DNA of 64,000 nt. It comes from an uncultured Acidobacteriota bacterium. Its GTDB lineage: Bacteria > Acidobacteriota > Thermoanaerobaculia > Thermoanaerobaculales > Sulfomarinibacteraceae. Positions 9,626-19,417 of the stretch are shown in pieces. The DNA is taken from NCBI GenBank assembly GCA_963712805.1, contig CAVQJV010000003.1, forward strand, positions 64,979 through 128,978, read 5' to 3'. The notes under the pieces were generated by a model. That model did no database searches and had not been told where the DNA came from. It was given only the letters and a program-made list of their open reading frames with translations. The translations under genes and the position numbers were made by a program. Numbering within the stretch: the first letter of the stretch is position 1; each line of letters begins with the position of its first letter.

Positions 9626-10532
9626 TCAGCCCCCGATCGCCACGCCGCGGTGGGCGTCGACCAGCCCGCGCAGGGCTCGAATGTGATCGGGGCCGGTGCC
9701 GCAGCAGCCGCCGATGACGGAAACCCCGAGATCGATCAGTTGCGTGGCGGCTTCGGCCATGAATGCCGGCGTTTCCGGATACACAACCTCCCCCGCGCGG
9801 TTTTCGGGAAGCCCCGCATTGCTCTGGATGGCGATCGGCAGCCGCGAACATCTCCTGAACTCGCGACCGATCTCGACCATCTTTTTGATGCCGTTGCCGC
9901 AATTGGAGCCGACGATATCCGCCCCCGCTTCCTCGAGGCCCGCGGCCGCCTTTTCGATCGACGTCCCCATAATGGTGAAGAATCCGTTCGGGGTCGCGTC
10001 GAAGGTCATGGTGGCCATGATCGGGATGTCGGCGGAGATCGATCTTGCCGCTTTGATCGCGAGTTGCGCTTCACTCAGGTCGATCATGGTTTCGACGCAG
10101 ATCATGTCGGCGCCGGCCCCGATCAGGGCTCCGATCTGACGGACAAAGGAGTCGGAGATCACTTCAGGCGCCGTGTCCCCATAGGGCAACAGCAACTTGC
10201 CGCACGGCCCGACGGAACCCGAGATCAATGCGCGGTCGCCGATCACCGGGCGGAGAACCTCGACGGCGCAGCTGTTGATCTCCTCGGTCTTGTCGCTGAG
10301 CGAGTAGTCGGCAAGCTTGAGCGATGAACCCCCGAAGGTGTTGGTGGTGATGATTTCGGCGCCCGCCTCGAGGTAGAGCGCAGCGATCTCCCGCAACGCC
10401 TCGGGCCGGGTGAGATTGAGGTTCTCCGGACACGATCCCGGTTTGAGGCCACGCGCCATGAGCATGGTGCCCCACGCCCCGTCGCCGAGGAGAAGCTCGC
10501 CCGCGCGCACCTTCTTGAGCAGATCCGATCAT
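9626..10532 (-). CDS. Homocysteine S-methyltransferase domain protein (MetH Hcy-binding module as a stand-alone gene)
   Basis: ORF 9626..10510: LLLGDGAWGTMLMARG...ITTNTFGG...IVGSNCGNG...VIGGCCGTGPDHIRAL, the three Zn Cys of the Hcy module. The N-terminus is uncertain: either GTG at 10510, or ATG at 10532 with a 1-nt indel. Confidence 0.85.
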
Positions 10533-10593
10533 GACAGCACCCCCGCCGGAGTCTTCCACCCTACCGCGGCCACGCCTGTCAAAGGCGACATCG

Positions 10594-11235
10594 TCACGCG
10601 ACTCCCAGCAGTGTCTTCACCTGATCGACCGCATTCGCCGCGTCGTAGCCGTACGCGTCGGCGCCGATCTCGTCGGCGAAGTCCTTCGAAACCGGGGCGC
10701 CGCCGACGATGGTCCGGATCTTCCCGTTCAATCCGCGTTCCCGAAGCAGATCCACGACCCCCTTCATCGACGACATGGTGGTCGTGAGCAGCGCCGACAT
10801 GCCGATCACCGGCGCACCCACCTCCACGGCGGCGTCGACGAAACGCTCGGCGGAGACGTCGTTGCCGAGATCGATGACCTCGAGTCCGGCACCCTTCAGC
10901 ATGATCCCCACCAGGTTCTTGCCGATGTCGTGGAGGTCGCCCTGGGCGGTGCCGATGACCACCTTCCCGACTGCCGGAATTCCCTCCTCGATCATCAACG
11001 GTTTGAGCAGATCGATTCCCTTCTGCATCGCGCGGGCGGCGAGAAGCACCTCGGGAAGAAAGATCTCGTGACGGCGGAACAGATCGCCCACGACGTTCAT
11101 CCCCCCGATGAGTCCGTTGTCGAGGATCTCTCCCACCCCCAGACCCGCATCGATGGCCTGACGCGTCAACTCGGCGACGCGAGTGTCGTCCCCGTTTCTC
11201 AGGCTGGCACCGATCTCCTGAAGAATATCCATCAT
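10594..11235 (-). CDS. Corrinoid (B12-binding) protein, MtaC/MtbC/MetH-Cob type
   Basis: 213 aa. B12-binding cap helices, then GTAQGDLHDIGKNLV (DxHxxG), MSALLTTT and IVGGAP. ATGA overlap with the upstream gene at 11232-11235. Confidence 0.9.
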   Translation of the reverse strand: MMDILQEIGASLRNGDDTRVAELTRQAIDAGLGVGEILDNGLIGGMNVVGDLFRRHEIFLPEVLLAARAMQKGIDLLKPLMIEEGIPAVGKVVIGTAQGDLHDIGKNLVGIMLKGAGLEVIDLGNDVSAERFVDAAVEVGAPVIGMSALLTTTMSSMKGVVDLLRERGLNGKIRTIVGGAPVSKDFADEIGADAYGYDAANAVDQVKTLLGVA

Positions 11236-11763
11236 TGACCTCCAAGTGTGTCGTCAAGAACCGACTGGATCCGCTCTCGGCAGCCCTGGTCGGCACAGTC
11301 GGCGCAAAAGTCGAAATCGATGTCGAACTGGTGGATCTCTCTGTCAGCCGCCACCAAGACGCCCGAGACCGACTTCAGCGGCTGCATGAGGTGGCTCTCG
11401 TTGAGCGCGATACCGATCTCTTCCGGCCGAAGAACCTCGAAGAGCTTTCCCTGACCACTGACGTGCCAGCCGCAGTAACCCGGACTGTAGGGCAGCACCG
11501 CATCCCGGAAGCGATCGAACCCGACCGCGACAGCCATTCCTGGTGACCGCGAACAACGTCAGGCGGCGAGCATCGGGGAAGATCGCCTCGAGCGGCGTAC
11601 GAGGGGCGTTCCGGCCCTCACCCCGGTAGATCACACCGAAGTCCGCGATCGGAATGTCGGCTCGAATGCCCGCGGGATCGACCAGGTCAACGTAGATCTC
11701 AAACGCCTCGTCGATGATCTTGGTTTTCAGGGCGTCGCCGAGGAACGTGAGAGAGGGACGCAT
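11232..11763 (-). pseudogene. Methionine synthase reactivation (AdoMet-binding) domain protein; one frame change near 11540
   Basis: MRPSLTFLGD...IPIADFGVIYRGEGRN... joined to MAVAVGFDRFRDAVLPYSPGYCGWHVSGQGKLFEVL...LNESHLMQPLKSVSGVLV (MetH activation-domain motifs). RBS GGGAGGA lies before ATG 11763. Confidence 0.75.
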
Positions 11764-11984
11764 GATGATCCTCCCTGCGATGGTTGGGGTTCTCACACAA
11801 ACACAACGGTACCGTACCACAATTTGGCGTACAATCTCATCATATGGAACGTGGTAGATTCCAGGTCAATTCAGGCGGACGGGTTGACCGCCGGCGCGGC
11901 CTCGTGTCGACCACTCGTCGGTCCGGATTCGCGGCGGGGATCACCACCCCGTTCTTGGACTGTACGGTGCCAAAGGAGACCGAC

Positions 11985-14900
11985 ATGAACATGATCCGGA
12001 GAATTCTGATTTCGTTGCTGGTGCTGGCGACCACGAGCCTGGCTCATGCCGCGGGCAAGGAAGGCACGAACCAGGATCCGTTTCGACGGCCTCGAGTACC
12101 GGCTCATCGGTCCCGCCACGGGCGGGCGGGTGGCGCGGGTTACGGGGGTGGCGGGCGATCCTCTGACCTACTACGCCGCGACCGCGGCGGGCGGGGTGTG
12201 GAAGTCGGTCAACGGCGGCACGAAGTGGGAGTCGGTCTTCGACGATCAGCCGGTCTCGTCCATCGGCTCCATCGCGGTGGCGCCATCGGACCCCAACGTC
12301 GATCTGGGTCGGCTCGGGCGAGGCCAACATCCGCGGCAATGTCGGCGAGGGCAACGGGATCTATCGCTCGACCGACGCCGGCGAAACGTGGTCTCACGTG
12401 TGGACTGCCGAGGGTCAGATCGGGACCATGGCGGTCCATCCGGACGATCCGGACACGGCCTTTGCGGCGGTTCTCGGCAGCCCCTTCGGGCCCGGGCCCG
12501 ATCGCGGCGTTTTCCGCACCACCGATGGTGGAGACACCTGGCAGAAGGTGCTGTACAAGGACTCGGACACCGGCGCCTCCGATGTCTGTTTCCACCCGTC
12601 GAACCCGCGCATCCTCTTCGCCGGTCTGTGGCAGACCCGGCGGCAACCGTGGGGGATGACCTCGGGCGGCCCGGGGAGCGGTCTGTATGTCTCGCGCGAC
12701 GGCGGCGACAGCTGGAAGCAGATCGAGGACGAGGGCCTCCCCAAGGGCATCTGGGGAAAGGTCGGGGTTCGCGTTGCCGCCGGCGAGCCGAACCGGGTCT
12801 ACGCCCTCATCGAGGCCGAGGAGGGCGGGCTGTTCCGCTCCGACGACGGCGGAAAATCGTGGACCCGGATCAACCCGTCGCGGGGACTGCGACAGCGGGC
12901 CTGGTACTACTCGACGCTGACCATCGATCCCGGCAACGCCGACGTCGTCTGGTTTCCCCAGGTCGCCATGCTCAAGACCATCGATGGCGGCGACACCGTG
13001 CGCTCGGTCAAGGGCGGCGGCTGGGACTACCACGATGTGTGGATCGATCCGACCGACTCGAACCGGATGATCATCGGCAGCGACGCCGGCGTCTCGCTCT
13101 CCGCGGACGGCGGCGAGACCTGGATTCGGCCGGCCATCCCGATCGCCCAGTTCTACCACCTCACCGTCGACAGCCGCACGCCGTATCGAGTGCTCGGCAG
13201 TCTGCAGGACTTCGGAACGGCGTCGGGTCCGAGCAACAGCCTGCACGGCGGAGGGATCTACGTATCGGACTGGTATTCGGTCGGCGGCGGTGAGGCCGGT
13301 CACGTCGCCGCCGACCCATCCGACCCGGAAACCGTCTGGGCCGGCGAGTACCTCGGCTATATTTCCCGCTTCGACGGTCGCACCGGCCAGGCGCCGCATG
13401 TCGGGATCTACCTCGACAACGGATCCGGCCACGGTGCGGTGGACCAACGCTTCCGCTTTCAGTGGACCGCTCCCATCGCGATCTCGCCGCACGATCCCCA
13501 GGTTGTCTACCACGCCGCCAACGTCCTGTTCCGGACCTCTGACGGCGGCCAGAGCTGGCAGGCGATCAGCCCCGACCTGACCCGCGATGACCCGGCGAAA
13601 CAGGCCTGGGCGGGAGGACCCATCACCGGCGACAACACCGGGGTCGAGTTCTACTGCACGATCTTCGCGGTCGCCGAGTCGCCGGTCGAAGCGGGCGTCA
13701 TCTGGGCCGGCAGCGACGACGGTCTGGTGCACGTGACCAGGGACAACGGCGCCACCTGGGTCAACGTCACCCCGCCCGGGACACCCGAGTGGGGCACCGT
13801 CACCACCATCGAGGCGTCGCGCTGGGACGCCGGGACCGCCTACGTGGTGGTGGACGCCCACCGGCTCGACGACGAAACCCCGTACCTCTTCAAGACCGAG
13901 AACTTCGGCCGCACCTGGACGAGCCTCACAGCCGGCCTCGACCGCGAGACCTATCTGCACGTGGTGCGTGAGGACACGCGGCGCCCGGACATGCTCTTCC
14001 TGGGAACCGAGCGCGGGGTCATGGTCTCGCGCAACGGCGGCGCCGGATGGGAGTCGCTTCGCCTCAACATGCCGACCGTCGCGGTGGTCGACCTGGCGGT
14101 GGCCGGCGACGATCTGGTGGTCGGGACCCTCGGGCGCTCGGCCTGGATCCTCGACGATCTGACACCGGTGCGCGAGATGTCGCCGGAGATCGCGGCGGCG
14201 CCGGAGCACCTCTTCGCTCCGCGTCCGGCGGTGCGTTGGCGGTACGCCGACGCACCGTACGGAAGCAGCGCCGGCGCCGGCGACAATCCGCCCCGAGGGG
14301 CGATCATCAGCTTCGTTCTCCTGGAGGAACCCGAGGGAGAAGTCACCCTCGATGTTCTCGATTCGGACGAGCGGCTCGTGCGGCGGCTGAGCAGCGCTGA
14401 TCGAGGCGCCGTACACGCCGCCGGAGCACCCCGACTGGAACCCCAGACACCGAGGCCGAACCCGAGCTCGAGGCCGAGGCCGGAATCAACCGGGCATCGT
14501 GGGACCTCGAATGGGACGAGGCTGAGTGGCCGTCCGACGCCCGCTTCGACACCGGGACGCCGAGACCGGGACCGCTGGCGGCGCCCGGGGAGTACACGCT
14601 GCGGCTGACGGTCGACGGTCGTTCCACAACCCAGCCTCTGAGGGTCGACGCCGACCCTCGTTCGTCGGCCTCGGTCGACGACATCGAGGCGCAGGTGGCT
14701 TTCGCCCTCGAAATCCGCGCGCAGCTGGAGCGGATCACCGAGATGGTCGAGACCATTCGCGGGCTTCGCTCGCAGCTCGACGGACCGCAACAAACGTCTC
14801 GCCGATGACTCCCGGGCCGCCGAGCTGGTGACAGTCGGGCGAGGCACTCATCACCGGTCTCTCGGCGATCGAGGAAGCCATCCACAACCCCAACGCGGAA

Positions 14901-15139
14901 GTCGACTACGACGTCCTGGGCGGCCGCCACGGCGGGGCGAAACTCTGGTCCCGGCTGAGCTGGCTGTTCAACAGCGCACGCGAGCACGACGGGCCGCCGA
15001 CTCAGGGGATGGAGGAGATCGGCGCCGAACTCGCGACGGAGTTGGCGCACCAGGAATCTGCGCTCGATGCGCTCCTCGCCGAGGATCTGGCACGAATCAA
15101 CGAGCTGGCGAGCGAGCTCTCGATACGAGTATGTGTTGA
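11985..15139 (+). pseudogene. Secreted sortilin/VPS10-like BNR (Asp-box) repeat protein, at least 4 frame changes; 3' end uncertain (15139-15255)
   Basis: Signal peptide MNMIRRILISLLVLATTSLAHAAG with RBS AAGGAG. At least 10 Asp-box motifs: SVNGGTKWES, STDAGETWSH, TTDGGDTWQK, SRDGGDSWKQ, SDDGGKSWTR, SADGGETWIR, TSDGGQSWQA, TRDNGATWVN and others. The tail ...GPPTQGMEEIGAELATELAHQESALDALLAEDLARINELASEL reads in another frame. Confidence 0.8.
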
Positions 15140-15263
15140 CGCCGGAGACGTCGCCGATGACCCACGACGAGGCCGCGCCCCGTCGAACGCGAGAGCGCCG
15201 CGACGCGCTGTCCGTCGCGACCTGCAATCGGTGTCTCGTCGACCTCTCGGAGTAGAAAGGTAT

Positions 15264-16750
15264 TCAGAAACCATGGCGCACATCCAAGACGTCAGCTCGC
15301 TCTCCTTCGGTTTTCGGATTCTCAGCGACTCCCAGCTCACCCAGATCCATCACGCGTCGCTGGAGATCCTGCGCCGCACCGGGGTGCGCGTCCGTCACGG
15401 CGAGGCGCTCGATCTCCTCCGCGATGCCGGGTGTCCGATCAGCGACGGCGATCTGGTGAGGTTCCCGGCGGCGGTGGTCGAGGAAGCGGTGCGCTCCGCT
15501 CCCTCGAGGATCGTGCTCTGCGACCGCACCTCCGAGCCGCGGGTCTTTCTCGAGCGCCAGAGATCCTACTTCGGCACCGGGCTCGGATCTGCCCCACACC
15601 CTCGACCTCGAGACCGGAGAGCGGCGGCTGTCGCTCCTGTCCGACGTGGCGGACACCGCCCGTCTCGCGGATTCGCTGCCCAACCTCGACTTCGTGATGT
15701 CGATGGCCCTGCCGTCGGACGTGACCCCGGCGACCTCGGACCGGCACTCCTTCCTGACGATGATCTACGAACACCTCGAAACCGGTGGTGTTCACCGCCT
15801 GGGACGAGACCGGGCTGGCCGACATCATCGCCATGGCGGAGATCGTCGCCGGTGGCGCCGAGCGCTTGAGCCTCAACCCGTTCCTCCTCGCCTACCTCGA
15901 ACCGTCGTCGCCGCTGCAGCACTCGCAAACCGTGCTGCGCAAGATGATGATCATGGCCGACAAACGGCTGCCCTTCGTCTACGCGCCGGGCCCGGTCGAG
16001 GGTGCGTCGGCGCCGGTGACCTCGGCCGGCAGCCTGGCCATGGCCAACGCCGAGGTCCTGAGCGGCATCACCATCGCCCAGCTGCGGCAGCGGGGCGCGC
16101 CCGTGGTCTACGGGTCGGGCAGCGGCCCGCTCGACATGCTCACCACCGTCGCAACCTACGCCAGCCCGGAGTTCATGCTCCACTGCAAGGCGATGGCCGA
16201 GCTCGGACACCACTTCTACAAGCTGCCGGTGTGGGGCTTCGCGGGCTGCTCCGACTCCAAGCAGCCGGATCTCCAGGCCGGCGCCGAGAGCTCCCTGTGG
16301 ATCCTCTGGACTGCGCTGAGCGGGGCCAATCTGGTCCACGACATCGGATACGTCGAGTCGGGGATGACCTGTTCTTCCGAGATGATCGTCGTCTGCGACG
16401 AGATCATCGGTTTGGTGCGCCGGTTGCTCGGCGGTATCGAGCTGACGCCGGAGACCCTGGCCCTCGAGGTGATCGACGAGGTCGGACCGGGCGGCGACCA
16501 CCTCTCCACCGATCACACGTACCGTCACTTCAGGAAGTGCTGGTATCCCCGGGTCTTCGACCGCAGCAGCCACCAGTCCTGGGTCGAGGCGGGCCGACCG
16601 ACCGCCGTCGCGACCGCGCGCGAGATCGCCCGCCAGGCGATCGCCGAACATGAGCCCGACCAGCTGCCTGCGGCGACTCTCGAAACCCTGAGCGAGTCTG
16701 GTCGCGGCCGCCGACGATCGCTTCACCGCCGGTGCCCGGCGCGGTTGATG
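15264..16750 (+). pseudogene. MttB-superfamily (trimethylamine methyltransferase family) protein, non-pyrrolysine type; at least 3 frame changes
   Basis: MAHIQDVSSLSFGFRILSDSQLTQIHHASLEILRRTGVRV...; then ...SDLPHTLDLETGERRLSLLSDVADTARLADSLPNLDFV...; then ...KPVVFTAWDETG...VYGSGSGPLDM...GPGGDHLSTDHTYRHFRK.... No in-frame TAG. The likely end ...LVAAADDRFTAGARRG-TGA overlaps the next ATG. Confidence 0.85.
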
Positions 16751-18154
16751 CTCGACGCCGCCATCCTCGCCGCCTTCCTGATCATCCTGATAGGAATCGG
16801 CAGGTGGGCGGCGCGCCGGGTCCACTCGAGCCTCGACTTCCACCTCGCCGGACGGCGCCTCGGGCCGCTGCCGGTGGCTCTGAGTCTCGCGGCGACGGAA
16901 TTCAACGGATCCGGTCTGGTCGGCGGGGCTGGTCTGGCGTACACCATCGGCATCGCGGGCGTGTTCTGGAACTTCTCCGCGGTTCCGGCCTGGATCATTC
17001 TCGCGTTTACGGTCGCCGTCGCCTTCCGCAAGCTGTCGCTCTACACGGTGCCCGAGTTTCTCGGACAGCGATTCGACCCGCGCGCCCGACGTCTCGCCTC
17101 GCTGAGCCAGCTCGCATCCGGGATCATTTTCCTGGCCGTGCAGATCCTGGTCTCCACCCTGGCGATCTCGACCCTCTTCGAGATCCCGAGAGTGGTGGTG
17201 ACGCTGGCCGTGACCGCGGTGTTCTTGGCTTTCACCTTCAGCGGCGGCTTGCTGGCGGTGGTCTGGACCGACGTGATCTGCTACATCGTCCTGATGGCTG
17301 CGGTCGTGATCGGAGCGCCGCTCGCCCTGCACTACGCGGGGGGCCTCTCGGGACTGCACCAGGCGCTCCCCCCGGAACGATTCGATATCGGCCAGCTCGG
17401 CGTCATGGAACCGCTCGCCTGGGTCGCGTTGTGCTTCTACTCCTACGGAACCGACCAGGCGTATCTGCAGCGGGTCTTCGCCGCTCGCAAGGCGAGCTCG
17501 GCCCGTTTCGCCTACATCTTCACCGGTCTCAACTACCTGGTCTTCGGCGGCGCCATCGCGATCCTGGGGATGTCGGCTGCGGTACTGGTTCCGAATCTGG
17601 CCCACCACGACGAAGCTCTCCCGGCGCTGATCATCCACATCTTCCCGCCGGGGGTGAGAGGCCTCTTCATGACCGGCATTGTGGCGGCCACGATTTCGAC
17701 CTCGTCGTCGTTTCTCGCGGCGGGCTCATCCCTCTTTGCCAAGGACATCTACGAACCCCTCAGGAGGGGCGGCTGCTCGGAGAAACACCTTCTCCTGACC
17801 TCGCGTCTGGCCACCATCGGGATTGCGACTGCCGCGGTCTTCATCAGCCTGACCGCGCCGCGCGTGATCGACGCAGTGGTCCTGTCGGTCCTGGTCTCGC
17901 ACGCGGCCGTCTTCTTCCCGGTCCTGGCCGGGTTGTTCTGGAAGGGCGTTGCTCCGGCCGCCGGCTTTTGGGCGATCCTCGCGGGCGCCGCGGGAGGGTT
18001 GATCTCGCACTTCTTCCTGTTCGAGAACGTCGCGTACGTGGGAGTCATCCACCCCCTCTTCTTCGGACCTGTCCTTTCGGTGCTCGCGCTGGTGTCCATC
18101 ACCGCGGCCTTCAAAGCCCGCCGCCGCGACGCGGGCGATCGTCTCCCCAGCTGA
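16748..18154 (+). CDS. Sodium:solute symporter (SSS) family transporter
   Basis: MLDAAILAAFLIILIGIGRWAARRV...LAATEFNGSGLVGGAGLAY.... A multi-pass hydrophobic protein. In the ORF track it is fused to mttB only because of a 1-nt indel upstream. Confidence 0.85.
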   Translation: MLDAAILAAFLIILIGIGRWAARRVHSSLDFHLAGRRLGPLPVALSLAATEFNGSGLVGGAGLAYTIGIAGVFWNFSAVPAWIILAFTVAVAFRKLSLYTVPEFLGQRFDPRARRLASLSQLASGIIFLAVQILVSTLAISTLFEIPRVVVTLAVTAVFLAFTFSGGLLAVVWTDVICYIVLMAAVVIGAPLALHYAGGLSGLHQALPPERFDIGQLGVMEPLAWVALCFYSYGTDQAYLQRVFAARKASSARFAYIFTGLNYLVFGGAIAILGMSAAVLVPNLAHHDEALPALIIHIFPPGVRGLFMTGIVAATISTSSSFLAAGSSLFAKDIYEPLRRGGCSEKHLLLTSRLATIGIATAAVFISLTAPRVIDAVVLSVLVSHAAVFFPVLAGLFWKGVAPAAGFWAILAGAAGGLISHFFLFENVAYVGVIHPLFFGPVLSVLALVSITAAFKARRRDAGDRLPS

Positions 18155-18211
18155 CCATGCCGGAGTGTTTTCTCTCATGGTAATGTGCCACCATTCCCTC
18201 AGGGAGGCCGT

Positions 18212-19417
18212 GTGAACAACGATCATGACATCTTCGAGGCGATCGACCGGACCGCGCCGATCGACCTCCTCGCCGCCCTGGTCCGGATACCCAGTCACCC
18301 AGGAATCGCCGATCAGGAGGCCGGGGTCGCCGAGGCGCTGGCGGGTTTCCTCGCCACGGGGGACCTGAGCCCGGAGCTCGTCGAGGTCGTCCCCGGCCGG
18401 CCCAACCTCATGTGCACCCTCGAGGGCAGCGCACCGGGCCCGCACCTCGTCCTCTGCGGCCACACCGACACCGTGCCCCTCAACCAGGGAGATCCCGGCC
18501 ACGGGTTTTCCGGCGCGGTGCACGGCGGGCGGCTCCACGGCCGCGGCGCCGTCGACATGAAGGGCGCGCTGGCGGCCATGGCCGCCGCGCTGGTGGCGTT
18601 GCACCGGACCGGACCTCTCGCCTCCGGCCGGGTGACGCTCGCCGCGGTCATCGACGAGGAGACCGAGAGCCTCGGCGCCGAACATCTCATCAACTCGGGG
18701 TTCACCGCCGACGGCGCCATCGTCGGCGAGCCCACCCTGAATCAGATCTGCATCGGCCACAAGGGCCTCGAGTGGCTCGAGATCGTCTTCACGGGCAAGG
18801 CGGCCCACGGCGGTACCCCGACCGCCGGGATCAACGCCATCGACGCGGCGGCGAGCTTTGTCCAGCGGGTCCGGACCGGCCTGCTGCCCGAGTTCGCCGC
18901 CCGCACCGACGCCCTCCTCGGCCCGCCGACCATCAATTTCGGCACCGTACGCGGCGGCGATCAGCCGTCCACGGTTGCTGCTTCATGCGTGTTGACCGCG
19001 GATCGCCGCTCGCTCCCGGGTGAAAGTTACGAGCTCATGGGTGCGGAACTCGAGAGCTTGCTGGCCGCGGTCAGAGCCGAGATGCCCGGCCTTCGCACCG
19101 AACTCCGCCGGCTGCCCGGCGGGATGGCGACCCTCGAGCACGTCGCGATGAAGACCGCGCCGTCCGAAGCGATCGTGAACGCCGTCGCCGCCGCCCACCG
19201 TCGGGTCTGCGGCCGGGACGGCGAGCTCGGCGCGTTCCCGGCGTGGACCGATGGCGCGCTGCTCTCGGCATTCGCCGGGATTCCGACGTTGATCCTGGGC
19301 CCGGGCGATCTCGCGGTCGCCCACTCGCCCGAGGAGTCGGTCGAGACCGCCCAGGTCATCGAGGCCGCGCGCATCTACGCCCTCACCGCCACGGAGTTCT
19401 GCGGCCGCACGCCATGA
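18212..19417 (+). CDS. M20 family metallopeptidase (ArgE/DapE-like deacylase)
   Basis: ...HLVLCGHTDTVP...GRGAVDMKGALAAMAAAL...IDEETESLGAEHL...HKGLEWLEIVFTGKAAHGG.... I chose the GTG start at 18212, after GGGAGG. Confidence 0.85.
   Translation: MNNDHDIFEAIDRTAPIDLLAALVRIPSHPGIADQEAGVAEALAGFLATGDLSPELVEVVPGRPNLMCTLEGSAPGPHLVLCGHTDTVPLNQGDPGHGFSGAVHGGRLHGRGAVDMKGALAAMAAALVALHRTGPLASGRVTLAAVIDEETESLGAEHLINSGFTADGAIVGEPTLNQICIGHKGLEWLEIVFTGKAAHGGTPTAGINAIDAAASFVQRVRTGLLPEFAARTDALLGPPTINFGTVRGGDQPSTVAASCVLTADRRSLPGESYELMGAELESLLAAVRAEMPGLRTELRRLPGGMATLEHVAMKTAPSEAIVNAVAAAHRRVCGRDGELGAFPAWTDGALLSAFAGIPTLILGPGDLAVAHSPEESVETAQVIEAARIYALTATEFCGRTP

Noticed and set aside
11764-11984. Possible riboswitch or leader in the 220-bp divergent region. 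It contains a TACAAT at 11830-11835 and a GGCGG...CCGCC hairpin upstream of the BNR gene.
   Set aside because: There is no match to any riboswitch consensus I know (including the cobalamin B12-box), no -35 partner at proper spacing, and only a short stem.
15785-18154. Apparent MttB::sodium-solute-symporter fusion ORF (789 aa).
   Set aside because: Removing one nucleotide near 16693 restores a typical MttB C-terminus (...LVAAADDRFTAGARRG) ending in a TGA that overlaps the symporter ATG at 16748 (TGATG). These are two genes merged by an indel.
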